Below are positions 15,098 through 29,356 of a stretch of DNA of 64,000 bases, in pieces. Source of the DNA: the human T2T-CHM13v2.0 reference genome, Homo sapiens. Below the pieces are notes generated by a model. That model made no database searches. It saw nothing but the letters and a program-made list of their open reading frames with translations, and had not been told where the DNA came from. Location: the NCBI RefSeq assembly GCF_009914755.1, contig NC_060931.1. One strand, given 5' to 3'. A program made the position numbers and the translations under genes. The stretch's first letter is position 1, and every line of letters starts with the position of its first letter.

Positions 15098-16253
15098 TCA
15101 ACACCTCAGGCTCAGCACCATGCTTCAGTTTCCCGTGTTAACAGGCCAGTCACACTTTGTTACAGAAGACAGGGCATTGCCCTAGGGCATCTCTGTTGAC
15201 CCTGCATGTCCTCAGACACTCCTTCATCCCCTCCATTTAAAATTTTTAAAAATGATTCTGGCTTGGTGGTAATCTGGACATGGATCTTTAAGATGATGGA
15301 GAAGTTCATAGAGCAACAGTTCTCTTCCCTGAGTGCAAACTGGGGTCACTTGAGAGAGATTTAAAAAATCAGGTTTAGGCCCCACCTGTACAGATTCTCA
15401 TTCATGGAGAATGAGATGATTGATAGATGGAGTTGGCATCTATCATCTATCTAGCCATATGTATGCGTGTATAAACTTTTTATTAAAATACAATATACAA
15501 AAATGTACACATTCAATTGGTATATTTATAAATTGCTGGAGATTCTGCCATGCAGCCCGTATTGAGAACCATTCTTGTTGGCAAAACTGTAGAACAATCA
15601 GAGTTTACCACTGCTGCCTCCCAGCCATTCCCCCTGCTAACCACAGAGAACTTCTGCATCTGTCTGCCTTCCACAGGCAGCATGCGTTTATTGCATGCCA
15701 GATTTCAGAGTGCCAGGAGCCCGGGAGCAGCCACTGTACGTCTCAGCAGGCTGGTGGCACTGCATTAGGCGGCCGCAGTTCGCCAGAACAGTGGGCCAGG
15801 CAGGGACCACAGGCCCCCAAAGATAAGCGGGCGGAGGTCTCCAGAAGGAGCTGTGAGTGTGTGCAAGCCCCGCCACAGTCCCGGGTCGCAGCTGAGAATA
15901 ATCGAGCCAGACTTTCCTTTACCTCCCCTCCCCACCAATAATGACACATCTGCTCTGAGTCCCAGTACCTTGGGAAATTCTCAACTAGGAAACTAAGTAA
16001 ATTAATCCATTCTCTTACCTCCTCCCAGGAAATAATTTGTATTTTGCCAGAAACTTTCAATCGACTTTGAGGCTGCTGTGAGCAGAACAGGAAGCTGTTC
16101 TGAATCTGGAATGCCTTTGCTCCTCCATCAAACCACACTGAGACCACCTGCTCTGCCAGACCTCGGGCAGAGAGGCAGGAACCTGCGTTTCTGGAATCCC
16201 TATTTCGGAGGGGAGAGCTGGTCAAGGAAAGGGGCTTCCGTTCCAGCGCCTCG

Positions 16254-16267
16254 GCGCCATCTGCTGG
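16254..16267 (-). promoter_or_regulatory. Candidate CTCF-binding site
   Basis: Reverse complement CCAGCAGATGGCGC matches core consensus CCASYAGRKGGCRS at all 14 positions, in a patch with retained CpGs. Confidence 0.55.
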
Positions 16268-16696
16268 GAAAGAGAGGCAATGACAATTCAGGGCTGCAAC
16301 TGGTCCCCGTAGGGGGCTGAAGGGAAAACAGAAGTCGTGAAGCCCACCTTCCTACTCCCGAACATTACCTTAAGGGCTTCCTCAGAGATCCCACGCTGCC
16401 TTGTATATGAAGCCACCTTGTGTGTATTACTGGACAGAGGGTGAAGAGACGCCTTGCTACCAGCTCTCTTTCTACAGCAGAGCTTGGTTCTGCAGTCACC
16501 ATGCTGGAAGGTGGGGGAAGGGCAGCCTCCTTCGGAGGTTCCCCACTGCCGAGAGAATCAGGTGTGTGCCTAATCCTGGCACAGGCTTCCAGAGAGGCAG
16601 CCACGAGCAGCGGTGCTGGGTTCAGATGAGGACATCACCTGTGGGGCTGTGGAAGGGACTCCTACTTGGAGGGAGTGAATGATGAGAGCCAGATGA

Positions 16697-17428
<732 letters not shown>

Positions 17429-18639
17429 TCAAATAAGACCATTGAAAGCATAATTGTAAAATGTTGAAGTTTTGTGCCAATGTGTGCAAATATTTGGAGA
17501 GAGAGACCACATTCTCATTTAGACTCTTAAAGCAAACCATGTATTTTCCAGGAATGTTTCCTTGACATTGGCTTGACTTCGTGCCAGATCCCTTACTTCT
17601 CCCTGGCAGTGGCGAGTCCCTAACTTGACCCAACATTGCCTGAGCTGTTCTGTTTACTAACTACAGCAACAGCAACTAACACTTACTGAGAATTTATTAT
17701 ATGCTAATCACAAGAATGACATTTAATAAGGACCTGTGTTGGAAAGATTTGAGAACAGTCCTGCCCTTGACCACTTTTATAAATTAAGGTTTAGTGTTTT
17801 TCAACTGACTTTAGCTAATATTTACATCCAGAATGTGCCAGGCACTATGCCATATTATTTCATTATTATGCATTATTTCACTTTATTCTAGCACCAACCA
17901 AAGGAAGTATAATTTTATCTTGATTTTGCAGAGGAGGAAATTGAAGCTTAGATCAGTCAGTCAACTACTCAACATGGTGAGGGGGAGGGATGGTAGACAA
18001 GTCGCCCCTGAGCATCCTGCTGGTCTCTCTAGCTATAATATGTACTTGTTTTCCTCAGAATCTCTTACAGTCTTACAATGTCTGAGTTGGTGCATGTTGC
18101 AACTTTGTATAAGAATAAATGCAGACCCAGAGTCTAGGCAGTAAAAACATATATCATTGACCCAATAACTTTTTCCCATAAAAACTTCTGACACCCCACT
18201 CTTTCCCAGCATTGCACCCTGGATTTTATTGGCAGAGATTTACAGTAGCTTCCTAGGCTGGCTTGTGTGCACGTGGTCAGCTGAGAGCCAGATCTGGGCC
18301 TTCTCTATTGCTGCTCATCTCCCTGGCATGAGTGAGGGACTCGATGAGAGAAACATCTAATGGGGTGCACCAGAGAACTCACACTCTTGGCCCATCTCCT
18401 ACTTCCCACCCGAATTCAACTGTCGACCCATTTCTGAGAGACATGTGACCAGAATTTCTTCAGGCAGGAAAGCTGACATGGAAACATGAACGGGTGGGGA
18501 GAAAGTAAGAGGGACACGGCCCAACCTGCAGATCTCCCTGTCTGGGCACCTGTAGTGAAGACACCAGGAGCTGGGTCCCTCACCTGGAAGAAACCATGCC
18601 TGCAGCCCTTCTCTCCTCCAGGATCTGAAAGCAAGGTGC

Positions 18640-18777
18640 CAGCTGGGCCTGGTGACTCAAGCCTGTAATCCTAGCACTTTGGGAGGCTGAGGCAGGAGCA
18701 TTGCTTGAGGACAGAAGTTCGAGACCAACCTGGGCAACATAGCAAGACCCCATCTCTACAAAAAAAAATTAAAAATA
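18640..18777 (+). mobile_element. Alu left-arm monomer (FLAM-like) with TSD AAAGCAAGGTGC
   Basis: ~130-nt monomer plus A tail; TSD at 18628-18639 and 18778-18789. Confidence 0.88.
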
Positions 18778-18949
18778 AAAGCAAGGTGCAGAAGTAACCA
18801 AAACCCCTTGTCACCCCATCCACCTCGTGGCAGTCCTGAGACAAGGATCTAAGAAAGGAAAGTAAGTTTACATGAAAGGATAATTTGGAGAATGTCCACT
18901 ATTTACATGGGCCCTGGGTCAGTCAACAAAGTAGAGGAGAGACTGCTGG

Positions 18950-21030
18950 TCCCTCTGCCCTCTTAGCCTTGTTCTGTGGTTTCTATCCCTTCATTCCTGG
19001 CAGGGAGCACAGAGGAATCAGAGCCTCTTGGGGTGCTCAAGGCGGGGCAAAGACCTAGGGCCGGGTCTTGCTGCTTGCCAAGGCCCAGTGGCAATTCAGG
19101 GTGACTTCCTGTCTTGGCACAGGCAGGAAAGGTGACACCACAAGGAGTTCGACTGCCACAAGGAGTCGAACAGCCCTGGCTGCTGTTCTCCCAGAGGATG
19201 CAGGGGCTGCACTGCTCCTAGGACTGCATAGCCACCCAAGTGCTCCAAATATCGAGCATCGTGAGCAGCAAGGGAAGGGCCGGGCTGGGTGGGGACAGCT
19301 GCTGGAGCCATGGTTGGTCCGCCAGGCAGGGGAACAGCCTTCCAGCAGGGTCTTGGTGACACTCTTATTGATCAGATCCAGAGCCAGACCTTCTGTTAGG
19401 GGCTAGCTCAAGGCCAGAAACCTGTAGCTCAGGAGAGCTTGGCTTTAGATTTCTAGAAATAATGGGAACAGTTGCCAAGTCACTAACACAGCCCCAGGAA
19501 AGAGCATCTCCTTAAATGTTGTGCCCTGGCACCTTGCTTTCCTCACTCTAGTCTCAGCTTTGGCTGAAGGGGTCAGAGGCAAGGTTAAGGGCTCTCTGTT
19601 GAGGGGCTGGTGGATCTAGTCAAAGAGAGGCCACTTCGGTGGAGTAGTGCTGAGATCTGTCAGCCTGGGAAGTTTGGCAGGAGGCCATAGGCACTCTGGG
19701 GGCTCATACTGGGCTGAAATCCTCATGATTGGGCTGGAGTATGAGCCCCAGGAGTCCAGGATCATGGAGAAGATGGCTTTGCTTGGGATGGAGGAATTGA
19801 GCAGCTTCTTGGACACCTCCTCAATGGATGTCTAAAAGGGTTCTTCCTCCTGCTGGGAGAAGCCAAGCTTGGAGGTGGGCTCCAAAACCTTGTCTGGAGG
19901 TGCTGAGGCCCTGAGAATTGCAGGTTGGGCTCTTTCAGGCCAGGAGAAAACAAGATCTGTTTCTACCAGACCTGAATTTCCTCCGTCTCTCCCTCTGCTA
20001 ACCATCAGTATTTCAAAGACTCCTGGGTTGGGGATGTAAACCCAGTATAGGAGGTCTTTGTCCTTGAAATGAGAGGCTGGGACAAGTCCCTCTAGGACTG
20101 GACTGACTCCTCTTGGAGATCTGGGATGGGAAGATGCATCTTTGCAAGGTGGGCACTCCAATTTGATGGCCTCTAGGAGAGGCACTGCCTCCCCTGGCTG
20201 GATTCCTCTAAGAGAGGTTTCTGCTTTTGTCCAGTCCCGAAGCAGGAAAAGGGGTTTCTCCTTCCTCAGCTAGGATCACCTGGGGGCTTGTGAACTCTCT
20301 GGCAGGGATGACTGAATCTGAGCTCATTAGTTTATGGGTGTAGCCCCCAGGGAAAGTTGGATCTTCACTGAGGGCTGCAACACCAAGGCCTGTTCACAGG
20401 GAATTAAGTGGGCCAAGGTGTGAGTGGGCATCAGGGAGTCCAGGTTGGATGCACAGATTCCTGACAAGTTCTGCAGTGGGTCATCCCTGCTATTTAAATA
20501 CCTGGGGCACCCCCCAAGTAGCCACTGGCATTGAAGCAGATGGCCCAGAAGAAGACCTTGCCATTGGTGGATATTTCGCTAAAAACATATTAGGGAGGAG
20601 GCTTGGCAGATGGAATACTTCCAGCCTGATGTAGAATGAGCTTCAATTAGGGGAAATGTTTCTCCATCCTTGTATAGATGTCTTCCAGTCACGTGTTCCC
20701 ATCCATGTTGAAGGCAAATTGAATCATATCCAGTTAGGCTGGGGCACCTCATTATTAGCGGGCTCTGATCCCAGGGTGGTTCTCTGTCTCCATTGCTTGC
20801 TGCTGCTGCTGGAGCCCAACCCATCAGAACTCATCTTTCCAAGTCAAGAGTGAAGCACAGCTGCCTTGTGTCTGCCTGGAATGGGCTCCAGTGGTTTGGA
20901 GGATGAGTTCTGGAGAGCGAGTTTGGAGAATAAACTTCTAGGACCGCCTGTTGCTACTGTCTTTTCCTTTAGTGGTCAAGAACGAGACATTGTTCAGACT
21001 ATTGCCATCTTTGGGGACAGCCATTATCTG
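18950..21030 (-). pseudogene. Possible decayed large coding exon of an unidentified gene
   Basis: No recognisable repeat over 2 kb; ORFs 19832..20185 and 19616..19816 share one frame separated by a single TAG; see findings. Confidence 0.3.
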
Positions 21031-21149
21031 GGTGTTGGGTGGGGGTGGGGGTGATTAATAACCTTGATTCCAGTTGGAAACTTTCAAGGGTCAGCACTGC
21101 TGCCTCTCAGGAGCCCTGCACCCGACCAGGATCAGGTCAAAGCCCTGAG

Positions 21150-21506
21150 AACAGTCTGAGGTCAAAGCCCTGAGAACAGTAAGGGGAGGGGAGCAACCAA
21201 CATTAGTGTAAACCCCAGAATCTGAGCCTGAGAACAGAAGCTCTGATGTCCGAGAGCAAACGATGACGTCCCAACTCTAGAACAGAGAGCAAATTCACTT
21301 TTCCTCTGCCTTTTTGTTCTAGCAGGGCCCTCAATGGATCGGATGGCACCCACTCACTTTGGTGAGGGCAGATTTTCTTTCAGTTGACTGATTGAAATGC
21401 CAGTCTCTCTCAGTAACACCCTCACACACACCCAGAAGTGGTCTTTTACCAACTATCTGGACATCCCTTGGCCCAGTGAAGTTGACACATAAAATTACCC
21501 ATCACA
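21150..21506 (-). mobile_element. MLT2-type (ERVL) LTR fragment
   Basis: Ends ...CCCAGTGAAGTTGACACATAAAATTACCCATCACA, typical MLT2 terminus; left boundary approximate. Confidence 0.7.
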
Positions 21507-21544
21507 GAAGCTCAACTCAACTAGCCAAGACAAAAGGAGAAATA

Positions 21545-21885
<341 letters not shown>

Positions 21886-21904
21886 TCAATGAAGTCATGG
21901 GAAT

Positions 21905-22348
21905 GATTGCTTCAAGAAGCAGGCAGAATTACAGGGATAAGAGATTTATTGGGAAGTATAGCTCCCATCAGAGGTGAAAAAGGGAGAAAGCAGTCTCAGG
22001 CATGATGAGCATCCGACCCCTCTGCAAAGAGAGCTGGGGGCGGGGGGAACAGGATTGTGCAGCTGGAGCCTCAGACCCTGATGCACAAAGTCTCAGACAC
22101 CCTGACAGAGAGCTCTGGCCCAGAGAGCTTATTCACCGGCTTATTAGACGACTTCCACTTTGGGTAGAAATAGCCCGGCATGGTCACTGGCTGGGGACTT
22201 CCTGGGAGGAGCATGGCCTTGGCTCACAAGCTGAGGTGCACCCTGGGTACACTGACAGCAGCCAGCTGTCAGCTCACCATCCTCTTCACAGAGGAGCAGC
22301 ATTGGGTTTGGAAGGGAAATCCAAGGGTGCATCTCCATGGTTGCCACA
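21905..22348. mobile_element. Old ERVL-type LTR relic (LTR16-like)
   Basis: Motifs GAGATTTATTGGG, CCTCAGACC, GGAGCATGGCCTTGGCT and terminal GCCACA; family assignment uncertain. Confidence 0.4.
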
Positions 22349-23889
22349 GAAACAAGGGATACGGTTTGGCCTAAGGAATGCCAAGAATCTGAGGCTCATC
22401 TGATACAAAGACCTTCTTCGCACCTCATTCCTACTTTACTCTGCGGTCAGCTCCATTCTCCCTCACTGAAAACCAATCTCATTCACATGATAAGAAATAT
22501 GGCCTATGGAAGCTTCCATGTGTTACTTCCTACAGCTTTTGTTACCCAGGAGGGTCTGACTCACACGGTCACTGGTCCAAAGTTCAAAATCCTGGGGAAG
22601 GCCAACTGGCCCAGCTTGGGCTGGGTTCCCTCTCCTGGACCAATCACCTGGTGCCAGGGCCAGGACCATGCAGAAATACAGCAGCTCCATCTCACCAAGC
22701 AGCTCCATCTCACTGTTTTTTAGAAAAACAGCAGCACTGACTACATACAATTAGATATCTGTTCCAAATGGTCTACACATCTTGTCTCCATTTCCTCACT
22801 CCAATTCACCCTTCAGACATTTGCAGTCGAACTTTTGCCACCATCATTCTACTGAAGCAGCTTTCTAAGTGACCGCCCATGAGTTTATAGTTAATAAATC
22901 TGATGGTCCTCTTGAACTGTCAATATAACAGTTGCTGACATAGGACTGGCTCTAGCTATTGTGCCCACTGCAGTAGATACTTGGGCCTGACTGTCCAGCC
23001 TGGGGGCCAGCATTTCCCTGGGAACTCCCATTTCTTCCATAAACGGGTAGGACATGACATCCATAGGACAACGATCATAGCTGAACAACCCTGGGATCAA
23101 CTTGACCTTAGCTTAGCTAGATTCTTTCTTCCAGGAGTCTGGAATTGAGAAAGTTAGTCAATTGTTTGAATGACTACACCAGTAACTGGTCAATGTGGAA
23201 GCTATGGAGAGGCCACCTTTGCTGTGCTCTATGAGTGAAGAAGCAGGAAAGCTGGTCCACAGAGAAGGAAGGAAGGAATGCACAGAGAAGCAGGGGAGAA
23301 AATAGCGCATCTGGTGAGTAACCCTGGAAGAAAGCAGTTGTGTGGGGTACACAGCAGAGCAGAAGCTGAAGGGTGGTCATTTAGAGGGTGCATTGCCCTC
23401 ATTAGGGAGTCCCTAATGAGGAGCCCCATACAGGGAGCAAGTGACCTAGAAGAACTCAGCAAAGGACCTCATGAGAGACAAAGTCACTATTCCAGCAGCA
23501 TCCTGCCACACAGAGGACACCTGGGTTGGGTGACAACAACACTGGTCAGATGGGAGGCATTCTCCTTCCCCTCCTTCCTGTCATCCCCCTGGGGGAGCCA
23601 ACTGGGGCCCAGGGTGTGAGGAAGAGCAGTGAAAGAACAAGATGGAGATCACTGAGACCTGGGCCCCTTTTCCCATCACAGCAGTCCCCAGTGAGATTGG
23701 AGAGATGCTTCAGAGTGGATGAGATATAGAAGTTGTGGGTTAGATGGTGCTAGACTTTTTAGTAACTGAAAATGAGACTATTCTAACTTCCAAGATATAT
23801 TAGGATCCACCAAACATATGGTCCAGGAGTGGGTGTGACCAGAACTTCTCCTGCCCCTGTACACTCACTACCGTGCCATGGGTCTTGGC

Positions 23890-24348
23890 TGCTGTTCCCA
23901 CCAAAGACGGTTTTCCCACCTCTTAAACCTTGGGGGGCTTTGTAACTTGATTTGATCAAGAGAATATGGCTGAAGTGACACTGTGTGAGTGCTGCAGCCA
24001 TGGCTTCAGGAAGCCCTTACAGATTCTGCACCAGCCCCCTTGGAATACAGAGCTGGCATGTCGGAGGCCCGGGTCAGCCTCCTGGAGGAGGAGAGAGAGG
24101 CCTAGCCAATAGCTAGCACCAACCACTGGATATGAGAATAGGACCATTTTGGACCACCCAGATCCAGTTGGGCCACAAGAGCCACAAGGTAACTGTACCT
24201 GCAAGGAGGAACCCAGGTGAGACCAGCCAAAAACCACTCTGCTGAACCCAGTCCAAACTGCTAACCCACAGAACTGTAAGCAAATAAAAGGTTGTTTTAA
24301 GTGGCTCAATTTCGGAGTGATTTGTTACACACAATAAAAAAGTGATAT
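23890..24348 (+). mobile_element. MLT1-type (MaLR) LTR
   Basis: 3' end CCCACAGAACTGTAAGCAAATAAAAGGTTGTTTTAAG...TTTGTTACACACAATA; GAAGTGACACTGTG block; boundaries approximate. Confidence 0.7.
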
Positions 24349-24552
24349 AGCGAAGAAGGCAGATACAACAGAATGGGTTTGAATGCGACGATGAAAGAAG
24401 AAAATAAAGTTGTTTCTTGCCACTTCCCAAGTCCAGCTCATTTAATTTACAAGCAATATTTGCAAAAGGCAGATCCGGGCAGCGATGTGAGATTTTTCCC
24501 CTGGGTATTCTCAAGTGCCTAAATACCTACTTGGTTTAAAATAGATAATTCT

Positions 24553-24865
24553 CAGCTGGGCACAGTGGCTCAGGCCTGTAATCTGAGCACTTTGGGAGGC
24601 CAAGGCAGACAGATCACTTGAGGTCAAGAGGTTGAGACCAGCCTGACCAACATGGTAAAATCCTGTCTCTACTAAAAATACAGAAAAAAAAAATTAGCCA
24701 AGCGTGGTGGCAGGTGCCTGTAATCCCAGCTACCCAGGAGGCTGAGGCAGGAGAATCACTTGAATCCAAGAGGCAGAGGTTGCAGTGAGCCAAGATCGTG
24801 CCACTGTGCTCCAGCTTGGGCGACAGAGTGAGACTCTGTCTCAAAAAAAAAAAAAACAAAACAAC
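24553..24865 (+). mobile_element. Alu with TSD ATAGATAATTCT
   Basis: Full dimer; TSD at 24541-24552 and 24866-24877. Confidence 0.93.
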
Positions 24866-27432
24866 ATAGATAATTCTTATCTCTGGACTCTCCCCTTGTC
24901 CCACTCTGCAATGTTTCCCTTCGGACATCTCCTCACAGAGCTGTGGAAAGCTCAGAAGGCCCCTCTCTGAAGCCTGACTGCTGGTCACCAGCATTGGCCC
25001 TCAGAAGGCTGCTGCCAATCAGGGCTGAGGAGAAGCCGTGACCTTCACTGGGAATAGAAGTGGGGGCGAGGGGTGAGCTAGCTCTGCTTTCTTTCCTGAA
25101 ACAGCAAAATGAGACAAGTGTGTGCACGCTGTGCTGCTGCAGCTGCGAAATGAAAAGCTTCTCATTAGCATCCTTTGCACAGGGGTAGGGGTGGGGGATA
25201 ACTCAGGGACAGCTCTCAGAGTGCAGAGCTGGGGCTTCTGTTCCCAACCCAGGCCCCCGGCAGGCCCCCTAGGTGTGTCATCTGCCTCCAGCCCAGCTAG
25301 GCAAGTGTGCTTCCATCTGGGTTGGGGAGAGGGATGGGTGGAAGTCTCCTGTGGGGTAATTGTGAGTCCTGATCTGGTCCCAGAATGTGAGCCCACCTTA
25401 GTTGTGGGACCCTGGGACCTCCACCCTCCCCAGCCCGCTGAGCAGGGAGGGGCATGCAGAGCTGGGTGGAGGGGAAGCAGGTTCCTCTGGCCACACAGGC
25501 TCTTCCTGTGCCAGGGGCAGCCCAGGCACAAGATGACAAGGAGAACCGGAAACTAGCCAGCAGGGCCTGCCCTGCAAAATCATGGATTTCCTCTTTCCCT
25601 CCCTCCCACCCTTCAGGCCCCAGCAGAACCTCTCTCCTCCAGGCCTCCGTTCTCTCATGCAGGATGAGAGCAGAGGTTCTTAAACCAGCTCTGCGGACCA
25701 TGTGGGCCCACAGAGGGGCTTAAAGAGGGTGTCCACATACCCTCTAAAATTACGTGCAAATCATTGTTTCTATGCACATTACTCTGAAGGGAGCTTTAAA
25801 CAACTAAATGCTTGGTGGTTTGCTAAAGGTTAGGAACCGACAGCCTAGAAAATTCTCAGGCCTCTCCAACACTGACATTCCTGCTTTCCCCTTTCTGTCT
25901 GCTTTCCTGAGTGTGGTTCTCAGCTCTCTTCTTAGTTCAGGTAGCTCTCTTCTCATCTAATACATATACTTTGCAGTAACGGCCAACGAAGGTGGTATAT
26001 TACAGTGAGGCTTTAAATGGGACATGCAGAGTATGTGAAACATACCAGATATCTAACTCACATAATTGCATTTGAGCAGTAAGTTTAGCTTTAACCATCT
26101 CAGCAGCCACATGAAAAAATAGATCGCTGAATTTATTAACTTTGGGATTTGTGTTTGCTGTCACCCTGTCTTAGTTCACAGCTATAACTCTGCAGGGGTG
26201 GATTTTAGGCACTCAGATTATCCGGTAGGGGAGGGATTTTGAGATGGGTAGGCCTTGTAAAGGCTCCTCTTCCACCTGTACAATTCAACATACGTGTTGT
26301 GAGTGTTCAAATGTGCCAGGTCCTGGAAATACCAAGACAAAAAAACACGACTTCCGCCCTCGAGATGTTCCCAGTGGGCCTGGAGAGATGAGGCTCCTAC
26401 AAGGGTGTAACCTTTCTAAACCCCGGTTTCCTTACCTGAGAAGTGAGGACAGCAACCCCGTACCAAAGGGGGCTTAGGGGAATTAAGTAGGAGCCTCAGT
26501 CACAGGAGGCACTCACACATTTTAGGCACACGTGGACACACCCAACAACTGCAGGCGACATCTGGTAAGGTGGGAAGCAGAGGAACCATGACAGCTTAAA
26601 GGAGGAGATTGTTGTGTGCTGGGATCATTGGGGAAGGACACCCCCAGGAGGTGGCCCCCATCTGTGCTCGAAAAATAGGTAGGATTTAAAAGGGAAGTCA
26701 GGGCAGTAGGCACTTTGTGATGGGGAAGCCCAGGGAGGCCGGGGCAGGAGGCAGGAAGGACCACACGGCCCGGAGACAGGAACAAGACCGCTTGGTGTAA
26801 GGGAGGGTGTGTACCCAGGAGGTTTGGAAAATAAGTTTCAAAAGTTTGTTGGGGCCAACTGTAGAGAGCCTTGAGTTAGAACAGACATGTATTGCACACT
26901 GGCTAGGTGGGCACTCTGCTCTGTGCCAGGGAAGCTTGCCACCCCCAGAGGGACACACAGAATAATGTGGCACAATGTGTCAACCGCTAAGGCCTCTGGA
27001 TATTCAGATGAGCAGAAGTTTCTAAGCTGGGGCGTAATAAGTTATAAGGAAGATCAGCCTGACAGTTGGAGGATAGATGGGGAAGCAGGAGTTGGGGAGA
27101 AGTCAGAGGGGGACCTGATAGGAGAAGGTTGCCCACTGGCCTGGGCTTGGGGGGACAGTACTGGGAGGGTCAGGGGCAGCAGGGGCAGCAGGGCAGGCAT
27201 CTGCAAAGGATGAGCGTGCTATGACGCGAGCTCCATCATTCTGGAGAAAGAAGATCCTGAGGCCTCAGGAGTTCTCCTGGAAGCCCCACAGTGAAATCTC
27301 AAGAGAGAAAATCCCAGCGAGGACAGGGACACTGGGCCCACGGGAATCCTGTCTTGCTGGGCCGGAGGGGAGCCCTGGGTCTGGCTCCTGTAGAGCCTGA
27401 AATAGAATCCAATTTGCGATGCCCCTAATGAT

Positions 27433-27468
27433 GTTATGTAATGACATTGCATAAGCCCGTTACGTAAA
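27433..27468. promoter_or_regulatory. Cluster of three PAR/C-EBP-type bZIP motifs at 13-bp spacing
   Basis: GTTATGTAAT (27433), ATTGCATAAG (27446), GTTACGTAAA (27459). Confidence 0.45.
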
Positions 27469-28406
27469 TCAAAGTCCTGCTATTGACCAAGAATGTCCCC
27501 TGCCCCAAGGCTGACCTAATCCCACGCCTGAAGGCTCAGTCCTTTGTGGCAGTTGGATAAATCTGTTTCCTAAAGCCTCTGTGAAACCCTCCCGACCTTA
27601 AAGTCTCTGTCTTTAGGGTTCCTGGGGCCTCCTTCTCCGTTGCTGCTTCTCCACTGTGGGAGGCCTCAGTGTGACACTCACTCATCCTTCCCCAGGTGAG
27701 GGTTCCCAGGGAAGGACAGGATTCCAGTCCTTCCACCAGCGTGGAATTGTGGCCGTGCGCCCTCTTCTGGGGGTCTTGCATACTCCCTCTGACTGTGAAA
27801 TACAAGACTTGTCTCTGGTTAAAAGACATTTCAAGGATCAGTAAGTGAGTGAAGAAGTTTTCTTCCCTGTGGGGCATGGGTGGCCTCCCCAGGACCCTGG
27901 AGTTAACAACTACGAGCAGGTTCTTGAGTCCCAGGAGCAGAAAGAATCTTTCACTACTGGAAACCAGCATGTCCCGTGAACGCACTCACCAACCTGTCTG
28001 CCTTCAGTCGGCCCATCTGTCTCCCTGAACATACTAGCAGAAGCCCTCCCACCCTCAACCCACCTCGCCAACCCCCACCCCGGCTCCCCTTCAAGCCCTC
28101 TCCCCAGCATAGGCAACATCTTCCTCGGGAGGCTGTCTCCTTCCTTCATCTATGTCTCTCTACAAGTAAATCCTGGTGTGCACACCACCACCCCCGACAC
28201 ATAAACACAGTTTACAGAAACACCAAACAAAACAGTCATGTTTGATGGAAAAAGGCTGAGTTCCCAGTTGCTCTTAGTGTCTCCTAAAAGTCAACTGTTT
28301 ACTGTCATATCAAAGCTATTTTACTGTTATAGGACTAGGAAAAATTTAAATTTAAAAATCACACGAAGAATAAAGTAACACAAAGCAAAACTGTTTATGT
28401 TTTATC

Positions 28407-28820
<414 letters not shown>

Positions 28821-28918
28821 TGATTAGAGCTGCACTGCCCCATTCCCTCCCAATACCAGGAGCCCTCATTTCAGCCTCAGCTCCCCCAACTTTGACACAG
28901 TATTTTACTCAAGGTCTC

Positions 28919-29356
28919 TGTTATGAATTGAATTGCGCCCCCCAAGAAGTCCAAAAAGTTGTGTTGAAGTCCTAGCCCTGGCCCCAACCTATGAATATAG
29001 CCTCTTGAAAATAGGATCTTTGCGGATAAAATCAGGATGAGCTCATTAGGGTGGGCCGTTCTCCAATATGACTGTTGTCCTTATAGGAAGAGGAGGGACA
29101 CAGACATGCCCAGAGTGGAGGAGACCCAGGAAGAAGGTGATGGGAGGATGGAGGTAGAGATTGAAGTGCTGTGTCTATAAGTCAAGAAATGGCCAGGAGA
29201 AAGGCCTGGAACAGAGTCTTCCCTTGAGCCTTCAGAGGGAGTGTAACACCTGATTTCACACTCATAGCCTCCAGACCGTGAAGGAATAGATTTCTGCTGT
29301 TTTGAAGCTATGCAGTGTGTAGCACTTTGTAAAGGAGGCCTCAGGAAGCGAACACA
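28919..29356 (+). mobile_element. MLT1B/C-type MaLR solo LTR
   Basis: Starts TGTTATGAATTGAATTG; internal GAAATAGGATCTTTGCGGAT, TTAGGGTGGGCC, CCTCCAGAC; ends ...GGAAGCGAACACA. Confidence 0.8.
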
